DNA of 31,242 bases, from IMG/VR virus record IMGVR_UViG_3300035698_015968. One strand, 5' to 3'. The notes under the pieces are model-generated. The model saw only the letters and a program-made list of their open reading frames with translations, had not been told where the DNA came from and ran no database searches. The DNA comes from a virus. How positions within the stretch are numbered: the stretch's first letter is position 1; every line of letters starts with the position of its first letter. This document shows positions 1 through 6,913 of the stretch, piece after piece. A program made the position numbers and the translations under genes.

Positions 1-124
1 CTGTTTCAATAGGAGCACCACAAGAAGCAGCTCCGTTTAATCAGCCGCAAGAGGCAGGCCCTATTGGTCAGCCGCAAGAGGCAGGTCCTATTGGTCAGCC
101 GCAAGAGGCAGGTCCTATTGGTCA
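1..124. repeat. Terminal overlap: 1-124 is identical to 31119-31242 (contig circularisation)
   Basis: Base-by-base comparison of both ends. The overlap includes 38 bp of unique sequence (ctgtttcaataggagcaccacaagaagcagctccgttt) before the tandem repeat, so it is not only repeat slippage. Confidence 0.95.
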
Positions 125-1118
125 GCCGCAAGAGGCAGGTCCTATTGGTCAGCCGCAAGAGGCAGGTCCTATTGGTCAACAACAAGACATTGAAAAGCCA
201 GGGGTTACTTTTAAAAAAGAAGGACTTGTTTTTAAATTGCCCAAGAGTTATTCTCCTGAGGAAATGGAAGATCGATTTAGAAAAGCTCCTGGATTAAAAT
301 CAAATTCTTTAGAAAAACAACTTGATTTAATATCGCAAAATACTCTTATTTCTCCAGAGCAAAAAAAAATAATTATAAAAAATGGAAGAGATAAGATAGC
401 TAGACTAGATGTTAAACAAGACAAAATAAATGCAAAAAACAAACCGTATATTGTTGGCATTAATGGTAAATATGACGCTACTAAAAGTTCTGGAATGCGA
501 CTTAATAGGTATCTTGAACTTTTAAAGAATGGAAACTTACAAAAGCCTGAAGAGGTAGCTCTGTATGATTTTCTTGCTAAGAAAATAGGTTATGACCTTA
601 GAGGGACTGTTCTAAACGCTGATAGTCAAGAAGCTCAAAAATTAACTAAAGATTTTTTAAAAGATTTACCAAAGCTATTTAGTGGAAAAATTACAGATAG
701 GCAGGCGTCAGATTATTTAAAAACTGTTCCATCTCTTATGCAATCACATAATGGAAAGATAAGAGTAGCAACAAACTTACTTTTAATGGACGAAATAACT
801 AAATTAAAATATTTTGAAAAAGAAAAAATTATGGCTGAGTATCAAGGTGTTGAGCCAGCAAATATAGAAACTTTAATAAATAGTAGAACAGATGAACGTG
901 TTGGGGCTATTGCTAAAGAATTTGTATCAGGCCATCGGAAGTCTATGCTTGAATTAAAACATGAAAAAAATTCTAAAAATTCTAAAACGGCTTTTGCTGA
1001 TTTAACAGAAGCAGAAAAAGATCAACTAAGTTCATCTGGTCCTGATTTAACAGAAAAAAAAGATAAGCAATTTAGAGGTCTTTTTGAAACGCTTTTAAGC
1101 AGAAAAGCCAAAAGCTAA
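3..1118 (+). CDS. 3' part of a ~500-aa ORF that begins at 30734 and crosses the contig junction. Repeat-containing hypothetical protein, possibly an internal virion/ejection protein by position.
   Basis: Frame 3 is open from base 3 to TAA at 1116-1118 and is in phase with the open frame 30734-31242 once the 31118-bp unit is applied. The track ORF 237-1118 is only its TTG-truncated tail. It lies just after the nozzle-like gene cluster. Confidence 0.6.
   Translation, partial: VSIGAPQEAAPFNQPQEAGPIGQPQEAGPIGQPQEAGPIGQPQEAGPIGQPQEAGPIGQQQDIEKPGVTFKKEGLVFKLPKSYSPEEMEDRFRKAPGLKSNSLEKQLDLISQNTLISPEQKKIIIKNGRDKIARLDVKQDKINAKNKPYIVGINGKYDATKSSGMRLNRYLELLKNGNLQKPEEVALYDFLAKKIGYDLRGTVLNADSQEAQKLTKDFLKDLPKLFSGKITDRQASDYLKTVPSLMQSHNGKIRVATNLLLMDEITKLKYFEKEKIMAEYQGVEPANIETLINSRTDERVGAIAKEFVSGHRKSMLELKHEKNSKNSKTAFADLTEAEKDQLSSSGPDLTEKKDKQFRGLFETLLSRKAKS
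39..173 (+). repeat. 5 x 27-bp in-frame tandem repeat encoding (N/G)QPQEAGPI
   Basis: ggtcagccgcaagaggcaggtcctatt occurs four times perfectly (66-173). It is preceded by a variant copy, aatcagccgcaagaggcaggccctatt (39-65). Confidence 0.95.
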
Positions 1119-1360
1119 GTATTCGGTCTCTGTAAAAGGTTCATAAAAAGATCAATCAAATATTTTATAAATCCTGCTAGTAAATCAATGGATTTTATAA
1201 ATCCCGCTAATAAATTAATGGATAGTGTTATTAATACTATTATCAACAACACTATCCAAACAAAAGGATGAAAAAGTAATAGCCATAAGTTTCCCCAGTC
1301 TAAAATCCTAAACATATATAGAAAATTTTTTAATATCATAATAATTCCACCTAACATCAT
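1115..1360 (-). CDS. Small (81 aa) membrane protein with two hydrophobic segments; holin-type or superinfection-exclusion-type candidate
   Basis: Reading from the double ATG at 1360/1357 gives MMLGGIIMILKNFLYMF...LWLLLFHPFVWIVLLIIVLITLSI. The TTG-start extension in the track (to 1438) runs through a GC-rich palindromic island and is probably non-coding. Confidence 0.5.
   Translation of the reverse strand: MMLGGIIMILKNFLYMFRILDWGNLWLLLFHPFVWIVLLIIVLITLSINLLAGFIKSIDLLAGFIKYLIDLFMNLLQRPNT
1162..1221. repeat. 2 x 30-bp tandem repeat (27/30 identical) inside the membrane-protein gene
   Basis: attttataaatcctgctagtaaatcaatgg / attttataaatcccgctaataaattaatgg. On the minus strand these encode INLLAGFIKS / IDLLAGFIKY. 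Confidence 0.85.
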
Positions 1361-1368
1361 AATAATTT

Positions 1369-1400
1369 CGTCGCTCTCTCGTCGCGGCGACGTCGCGTCT
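1369..1400. other. GC-rich palindromic island between the RHH gene and the membrane-protein gene
   Basis: cgtcgctctctcgtcgcggcgacgtcgcgtct. It contains the palindrome cgtcgc-g-gcgacg (1380-1392) and a perfect 10-bp palindrome gcgacgtcgc (1387-1396) in otherwise AT-rich DNA. Confidence 0.6.
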
Positions 1401-1525
1401 AAATAAATATCTAATTTCTTCCTACCCACCAAAACCAAAATAAATAAACTGAAAAAAGTAAAACTCTTACTATTGCTTCATTCTCTGGATCCAAGCACAT
1501 TCTCCTTTTTATATAACGTTGTTTA

Positions 1526-1684
1526 TTATTTTGAGTTGATAACTTTTTGTTCTTTTAAATCCGTATCATCTTTATACATTTTTTCTACAATCGCACACAT
1601 TACCCATCCTTGTACGGTAATTCCTCTTGAGAGTGCTAAAAATTTAACTTTTCTATGAAGAGATGCATCGATTCTTATCGTCAT
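1526..1684 (-). CDS. 52-aa ribbon-helix-helix (Arc/CopG/ParG-like) DNA-binding protein, not in the ORF track because it is under 60 aa
   Basis: Manual reverse-complement translation gives MTIRIDASLHRKVKFLALSRGITVQGWVMCAIVEKMYKDDTDLKEQKVINSK*. It shows an N-terminal beta-strand, helix, G-turn, helix pattern. It lies downstream of a TTGACA-17-TATACT promoter. The SD is weak. Confidence 0.55.
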   Translation of the reverse strand: MTIRIDASLHRKVKFLALSRGITVQGWVMCAIVEKMYKDDTDLKEQKVINSK

Positions 1685-1717
1685 TGTTTTTCTATTGGTG
1701 AACATCTTTGTATTTCC

Positions 1718-1747
1718 TTGATAAATAAACTATTGCTTATCTATAAT
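1718..1747 (+). promoter_or_regulatory. Candidate rightward promoter for the fibre operon, face-to-face with the leftward promoter
   Basis: TTGATA (1718-1723), 18-nt spacer, TATAAT (1742-1747). Chance matches are common in AT-rich DNA. Confidence 0.35.
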
Positions 1748-1748
1748 A

Positions 1749-1777
1749 AGTATATCACATTGCCATCAAGCTGTCAA
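1749..1777 (-). promoter_or_regulatory. Sigma70-type promoter reading leftward into the RHH/membrane-protein cassette
   Basis: Minus strand: TTGACA (1777-1772), 17-nt spacer, TATACT (1754-1749). Confidence 0.5.
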
Positions 1778-1790
1778 GATGACTTGAATG
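1766..1790. promoter_or_regulatory. Operator-like module TCAAG-N3-TCAAG-N4-CTTGA-ATG (copy 1)
   Basis: caTCAAGctgTCAAGatgaCTTGAatg. The same architecture recurs at 12638-12662. The second TCAAG overlaps the -35 of the leftward promoter. Confidence 0.45.
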
Positions 1791-1874
1791 CAATTAATAC
1801 TTCTAGGTTGTCGTTTTGTTTTTTTGATAGAGTAAATATATAAGATTTTTCACTCCTCTATAAAAAGGAAGTAG

Positions 1875-3491
1875 ATGGCAACAAAACAGATTACACCGCA
1901 ATTTGTCTATGGTATGGGTGATAACTTAATTCAAGTAGCTCCTCGTCCTATTATTGCTAACAGAGCACCAACTACAAGAGATCAGGCTGAGCTTGGAAGT
2001 ACTTGGGTTGATACTTCTGCGGGTGTATTTTATGGACTTGCGTCTATTACAGCAAATTCATCTAACTGGACAACGACTCCGGCAGCTGGTGCTACAGTTC
2101 TCGCATCACTTGATATTACTGGCGCTGGAACTTCACTAGATGTACAAAATGCTGCAGGAACTACTGTAATATCAAGTGGAACTATTAATTTTGATAATGC
2201 TGCAGGAACTACCACAATTAGTGGAGCTCTTACTGTGTCAGGCGTGACTACTCTTACAGGTGATTTAGATTTATCATCAGGGGCCTTAATTGATCTTACT
2301 TCTACTCTTGATGCGGCGCCTTCTATTTATTTGCATGCCAATGGCGGAACATCAGAACAAATTCGTATACGTTCAGACCAAGGTACTGGAGTTAGCTCTA
2401 TTCTTATTGATTCTGATGTCGGTGGGTTAACCTTACAGTCTGGTTTAGCGTCTGATGATGCTATTAATATTAATTCAACTGCTGGCGGTATAGATATTGA
2501 TGCTGCGCTACAAGTTAATCTTGCCTCATCAGAAGCAGCATCAGATGCAATATTAATTACAGCTTCTAATGCTGCTGGTGGTATAGATATGATTGCTGGA
2601 ACTGCTGGTTTAGATGTATTGGCTACCGGTGGTGATATAGTTATGGCATGTGATGGCTTTGACTTTGATTGCAGTGCTAATGGATTTGATGTTCTTGCAA
2701 CTGCTGGAGCGTTTTCTATTGATGGAGCATTAGCTTCTAATATTACGACTACTGGCGCAGGAATAGATTTAACTCTTTCATCTGTTCTTGGATCTGTATT
2801 AGTTAGCTCTACTGAAGATGCTGCTCTGGCTATTAAACTTCATGCTAATGGTGGAGTAAGTGAAACGATACAATTGCACAGTGACCAAGGAACTGGTGTT
2901 GATTCTATAAATCTTTTATCAGATGTTGGTGGAATAACACTTACAGCAACGGGAATGGCTTCTGAAGATGCAATTAATTTTGTTGCAACGGCAGGTGGTA
3001 TTGATATGGATGCTGCACTACAAGTTAATATTGCTTCATCTGAAGCTGCAGACGATGCAATTGTTATTAATGCAAGCAATGCGGCTGGTGGTATAGATAT
3101 TACGAGTGGTGGCGGAGATATTGATATTAGTGGTGGTGATATAACGATTAGTGGCCCTAATAATACCGCAGAAACAATTCTTATTACAACCAACAATGGG
3201 ACGTCTGAAACCATTGTAATCGAGGCAAATCAAGGTACAGGAAAAGATGCTATTGATATTTCATCTGCTGGTGGTGTAGAAGTAACTACAGGTGCATTAG
3301 CTGCAACTACTGGACTTCATCTTGTGCAAAGTGCACAAACTGCAGCTATACAAGTTGGTACTGGAGCTCCATCTCATAATGCACCAAAAGGGAGCCTATA
3401 TTTACGTACCGACGGCTCCAGTACGAGTACAAGGGGGTATATTGCCACAGATGCGGTGGGTACATGGACAGCAATCACAACCGCGGCGTGA
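1875..3491 (+). CDS. Tail fibre/spike-like structural protein (538 aa), Gly/Thr/Ala/Ser-rich with beta-helix-like repeats
   Basis: SD AAGGAAG upstream. There is an internal 169-aa duplication. The composition and repeat texture (GGIDIDAALQVN..., SDQGTGV...) are fibre-like. The N-terminal motif RAPTTRD...STWVDTS is shared with ORF 8549. Confidence 0.6.
   Translation: MATKQITPQFVYGMGDNLIQVAPRPIIANRAPTTRDQAELGSTWVDTSAGVFYGLASITANSSNWTTTPAAGATVLASLDITGAGTSLDVQNAAGTTVISSGTINFDNAAGTTTISGALTVSGVTTLTGDLDLSSGALIDLTSTLDAAPSIYLHANGGTSEQIRIRSDQGTGVSSILIDSDVGGLTLQSGLASDDAININSTAGGIDIDAALQVNLASSEAASDAILITASNAAGGIDMIAGTAGLDVLATGGDIVMACDGFDFDCSANGFDVLATAGAFSIDGALASNITTTGAGIDLTLSSVLGSVLVSSTEDAALAIKLHANGGVSETIQLHSDQGTGVDSINLLSDVGGITLTATGMASEDAINFVATAGGIDMDAALQVNIASSEAADDAIVINASNAAGGIDITSGGGDIDISGGDITISGPNNTAETILITTNNGTSETIVIEANQGTGKDAIDISSAGGVEVTTGALAATTGLHLVQSAQTAAIQVGTGAPSHNAPKGSLYLRTDGSSTSTRGYIATDAVGTWTAITTAA
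2331..3098 (+). repeat. Diverged intragenic duplication: 2331-2591 versus 2838-3098 (offset 507 bp = 169 aa)
   Basis: LHANGGTSEQIRIRSDQGTGVSSILIDSDVGGLTL...AGGIDM aligns with LHANGGVSETIQLHSDQGTGVDSINLLSDVGGITL...AGGIDI. Confidence 0.85.
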
Positions 3492-3555
3492 TCTGAGGTC
3501 TTTGACATATTAAGAAAGGTGAAGCATTCTATAGTTAAAATTAATTAATTATAGG

Positions 3556-4398
3556 ATGCTTATGCCATTTATAAAAAAATGTTGTCATTGTAAAGAGGAA
3601 TTTAGTAGCAAGTCTTCATTTGCAAAGCTCTGTTCACGAGAGTGCCATAATAAGCATATGTATATTGAACGCATTGAGAAAAAATGTAATCAGTGTAATA
3701 AGAAATACTTTGTAGAGGTTCGTCTAAAATCATCAAAATTTTGTTCTAACAAATGTAGTAGTGATTTTATAAAGCAACCAAAGTTAAAAAAAAAGTGCCT
3801 ATTATGCGGGACTATTTATTTAGTAGCTAAAAGGCATTATGAAAGTTCTAAGTTTTGCTCAAATTCATGTAAATGCTCTACAGCTGGTAAGAAATCATCT
3901 CAAAAGATACATAAAAAATGGGAGCAAGAAACCCATCAAGAGACAAAAGCTATAATGAAAGAAGCATTTGAAAAGTTCTTTGATAAAACGGATGGATGTT
4001 GGGAATGGAAAGGAGGTAAAAAAAATTATGGCAAGAAGTTGCCTTATGGGTCTTTCTCTTTTAGAGATAAAAGAACTAATATAGCCCATCGCATAAGTTA
4101 TGAATTATATCGAGGACTAATTCCAAAAGGATTAATAGTAATGCATATCTGTGATAACCCTCCATGTGTTAATCCTGATCATCTTAAGGTGGGTACTTAT
4201 CTTGACAATCAAAAAGATAAAGTGCGAAAGGGAAGGGGCAAAGTTGAAAAACTTTCTGAAGAAGAGGTTAAAGAGATACTATCTAGGTTTAAGATGGGAG
4301 TAAAGGGCTGTAGAATAGCTAAAGACTTTGGAATCAGTCAGAGTACTGCTTCATCAATAAAACATAGAAAATTATGGGCCTGGGTTAAAATAGATTAA
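3556..4398 (+). CDS. Free-standing HNH (HNH_3-type) homing endonuclease with three N-terminal Cys4 zinc modules and a C-terminal HTH
   Basis: HICDNPPCVNPDHLKVGT...N motif. There are three repeats of KKCxxC-x(12-15)-(F/L)CSxxC. The C-terminal GCRIAKDFGISQSTASSI is HTH-like. Confidence 0.75.
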   Translation: MLMPFIKKCCHCKEEFSSKSSFAKLCSRECHNKHMYIERIEKKCNQCNKKYFVEVRLKSSKFCSNKCSSDFIKQPKLKKKCLLCGTIYLVAKRHYESSKFCSNSCKCSTAGKKSSQKIHKKWEQETHQETKAIMKEAFEKFFDKTDGCWEWKGGKKNYGKKLPYGSFSFRDKRTNIAHRISYELYRGLIPKGLIVMHICDNPPCVNPDHLKVGTYLDNQKDKVRKGRGKVEKLSEEEVKEILSRFKMGVKGCRIAKDFGISQSTASSIKHRKLWAWVKID

Positions 4399-4492
4399 TT
4401 GAGGAAATTTATACATAGTTTTTGTATGCTTTCTATAGAAATAAAGAGAATATTTTAATGAATTCAGCTTTATAAAAAAAGAAAGAAGAGTA

Positions 4493-4828
4493 ATGCCAAC
4501 AACAAAAAGGATTATTCCGCTTGCGCTAAAATCATTTGATACAACTTCATTGTCAGCAAGCTTCCAGGTAGTAGATGCAGTAGGATTTATATACCCTGTT
4601 TCTATTTTAAAATTTATTAATGAATCTGATACCGATGGGACTGTTAGTTTTGATGGTATTACAAGTCATGACTTTGTCTTATCAGATAGTCAGACAGAGA
4701 TTAATTTTTCTGCTCTTCTTGGGTCTACTGCTCGTGGAGCTCAAATTGCTAAAAAAACAAAGATATATATTAAAGGCTCTATGGGTACAGGACTCTTTTA
4801 TGTAGTAGCATATACCCAATTACCATAG
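4493..4828 (+). CDS. Hypothetical structural-module protein (111 aa), paralogue of 4839-5177
   Basis: Shared pattern ...SFDG..(S/D)H..L......(T)(K/R)IY(I/V)K......G.FYV.A with the next ORF. It lies within the fibre cluster. Confidence 0.6.
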   Translation: MPTTKRIIPLALKSFDTTSLSASFQVVDAVGFIYPVSILKFINESDTDGTVSFDGITSHDFVLSDSQTEINFSALLGSTARGAQIAKKTKIYIKGSMGTGLFYVVAYTQLP

Positions 4829-4838
4829 GAGAGTAGAA

Positions 4839-5177
4839 ATGAGTTTATCAATTCGTCTCGTCCCAGAGACAGTTAAAGAGTTAGCTTTTGGGTCTATTGG
4901 TGCTGGTTATGCGGGAGTAGGGACTGCATTTGATAAACCTATTCGCCTCATTATTTTTCAGAACTTAACAGATGTTTCCGTTATGATTTCGTTTGACGGA
5001 GTTGATGATCATATACCTTTAGTTACGAGTGGCTACCTAGTTCTTGATATAACGGCTAATAAGACGATAGCTAATGGTTTCTATATTGCTGAAGGAACAC
5101 GTATATATGTAAAACAACTTGCTGGGGCTGCAGGCTCTGGTAGTTTTTATGTATCAGCATTCGGAGGTGCATCATGA
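4839..5177 (+). CDS. Hypothetical structural-module protein (112 aa), paralogue of 4493-4828
   Basis: SD GGAGAG upstream. ATGA overlap with the following fibre gene suggests translational coupling. Confidence 0.6.
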   Translation: MSLSIRLVPETVKELAFGSIGAGYAGVGTAFDKPIRLIIFQNLTDVSVMISFDGVDDHIPLVTSGYLVLDITANKTIANGFYIAEGTRIYVKQLAGAAGSGSFYVSAFGGAS

Positions 5178-6904
5178 GCCAAATAGGAAGTACTGCAGCT
5201 GGTGGCGGAGGTGGCGCTGTAAATAGTGTTACGGGTGGAACTGGTATCAATACGAGTGGAACTGCAGCTGATCCAGTTGTTAATCTTGATGTTCCTATCA
5301 TCATTTCTCATGGTGGAACTAATGCTATTACAATGGCAACAACATATGGTGTTAACTATTTTGATGGAACTAGTATAGTTACGACGGCTGTTGGTAATGC
5401 CGGTGAGGTACTAACATCCGGAGGAATTGGTGTCGCTCCTACGTTTCAAGCTGGTGGATCCACAATAGATATTACTGGTGATAGTGGTGGTGCCCTAACG
5501 GGAACATCATTTACCTTTACTGGTGGAACTACAGGTATTACTTTTGCTGGAGCAGGAACAACTGAAACACTTACAGGTACTCTTGTAGTTGCTAATGGCG
5601 GAACCGGAGCTACTGCGTTAACACAATACAATGTATTGATAGGTAACAATGTTTCTGCTATTACAACAGTAGCTCCTTCTGCAACCAGTGGTGTTCCTTT
5701 GATTTCACAAGGCGCAGCAGCTGATCCAGCATTTGGAACAGCAGTAGTTGCGGGTGGTGGATCTGGACGAACCACAGCAACAGCATATGCAGTAATTTGT
5801 GGTGGAACTACAACAACAGCAGCACATCAGTCAATAGCATCTGTAGGTACATCTGGTCAGCTATTAACCTCTAATGGTGCTGGTGCTCTTCCAACATTTC
5901 AGACTGCTGGGTCAGCTTCTATTTCTATAACGGGTGATAGTGGTGGGGCTTTAGTTGCCTCTGCATTTACCTTTACTGGTGGAACTACGGGACTTACTTT
6001 TGCTGGTGCCGGAACAACTGAAACGATTACAGGAACTCTTGTAGTTGCTAATGGTGGTACTGGTCTTACTTCATTCACGCAGGGTGATATAATTTATTCT
6101 TCAGCAGCAAACACATTGAGTGCACTTGCTAAGAATGCTTCTTCGACTCGTTATCTTTCTAATACCGGAGCATCTAATAATCCTGCATGGGCTCAGATTG
6201 CACTAGCAACAGGTGTTAGTGGAACTCTTCCAGTTGCCAATGGTGGTACGAGCTCTACTTCGTTAACACAATATAATGTATTAATTGGTAATAATACTTC
6301 TGCTATTGCAACAGTAGCTCCTTCTGCAACAAGTGGTGTTCCTTTGATTTCACAAGGCGCAGCAGTCAATCCAGCATTTGGCACCGCTGTAGTTGCAGGT
6401 GGTGGATCTGGACGAACTACAGCAACAGCATATGCAGTAATTTGTGGTGGAACTACAACAACGGCAGCGCATCAATCAATTGCATCTGTTGGTACGAGCG
6501 GACAAATATTAACCTCTAATGGAGCTGGCGCTCTTCCAACGTTTCAAGCAGCTGGTGGTGGTGGTGGTGGACTTACCTGGGCAGTTACAACGGTTAATGC
6601 GACATTGGTTGTTGCAAATGGCTATATAGCTAATAAAGCAGGTCTTTTGACAATGACATTGCCATCTACAGCTGCTATTGGAGATATAATTGAGTTAACT
6701 AATATCAATACTGCTGTGGGGTGGAGAATTGCACAGAATGCTCTACAAGCAATACGATTTGGTAGTTCACTTACAACAATAGGAGTTGGTGGGTACCTAG
6801 AAGCTACTGCACTGGGCGACTCAGTAAGAATGGTCTGCACAGTCTCTGGAACATCTACTCGGTGGCTTATATTGTCTAGTTTAGGAAACATAACCATCGT
6901 ATAA
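5174..6904 (+). CDS. Tail fibre protein (576 aa) with large internal repeats and a distinct C-terminal domain
   Basis: SD GGAGGTG upstream. Repeated modules ITGDSGGAL..FTFTGGTTG.TFAGAGTTE..TGTLVVANGGTG and VG(T)SGQ.LTSNGAGALPTFQ. The N-proximal VNSVTGGTGINTSGTAADPVVNLD module is shared with ORF 8549. Confidence 0.75.
   Translation: MSQIGSTAAGGGGGAVNSVTGGTGINTSGTAADPVVNLDVPIIISHGGTNAITMATTYGVNYFDGTSIVTTAVGNAGEVLTSGGIGVAPTFQAGGSTIDITGDSGGALTGTSFTFTGGTTGITFAGAGTTETLTGTLVVANGGTGATALTQYNVLIGNNVSAITTVAPSATSGVPLISQGAAADPAFGTAVVAGGGSGRTTATAYAVICGGTTTTAAHQSIASVGTSGQLLTSNGAGALPTFQTAGSASISITGDSGGALVASAFTFTGGTTGLTFAGAGTTETITGTLVVANGGTGLTSFTQGDIIYSSAANTLSALAKNASSTRYLSNTGASNNPAWAQIALATGVSGTLPVANGGTSSTSLTQYNVLIGNNTSAIATVAPSATSGVPLISQGAAVNPAFGTAVVAGGGSGRTTATAYAVICGGTTTTAAHQSIASVGTSGQILTSNGAGALPTFQAAGGGGGGLTWAVTTVNATLVVANGYIANKAGLLTMTLPSTAAIGDIIELTNINTAVGWRIAQNALQAIRFGSSLTTIGVGGYLEATALGDSVRMVCTVSGTSTRWLILSSLGNITIV
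5621..6547 (+). repeat. Near-identical ~280-bp intragenic direct repeats (5621-5902 and 6266-6547); a second pair at 5471-5608 / 5927-6073
   Basis: By eye roughly 85-90% identical, with perfect runs of over 30-40 bp (for example acagcaacagcatatgcagtaatttgtggtggaactacaacaac). Confidence 0.9.
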
Positions 6905-6913
6905 GGAGTAATA

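Noticed and set aside
1-124. Physical direct terminal repeats of a linear T7-like genome
   Set aside because: The overlap lies in the middle of a continuous ORF and partly in a tandem repeat, which fits assembly closure of a circular or permuted genome better. It remains testable with read-start analysis.
39-173. Possible CRISPR array
   Set aside because: The 27-bp units are directly abutting with no spacers. They are in-frame within a coding region and no cas genes are present.
64-297. Track ORF MVSRKRQVLLVSRKRQVLL...
   Set aside because: It is an out-of-frame reading of the 27-bp tandem repeat, starting at TTG. The repeat is in phase with the long junction-spanning ORF (frame 3), which reads GQPQEAGPI.
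1473-1843. Track ORFs 1473-1658 and 1655-1843 (+)
   Set aside because: They have no SD and give hydrophobic or odd low-complexity products. The opposite strand encodes a well-formed RHH protein with its own promoter.
2840-3214. Antisense and alternative-frame ORFs inside fibre genes (2030-2215, 2840-3214, 3036-3233, 5071-5304, 5446-5775, 6193-6384, 6622-6942, 8950-9288)
   Set aside because: They are by-products of the GGT/ACT/GCT-rich repetitive codon composition. They lack SDs, lie entirely within stronger ORFs, and give implausible Pro/Val/Ile-rich products.
5621-6547. DGR template/variable repeat pair in the fibre gene
   Set aside because: There is no reverse transcriptase anywhere in the genome. 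The mismatches between the copies are of all types (C/T, G/A, A/T, ...) rather than adenine-specific, and both copies are coding parts of the same ORF.
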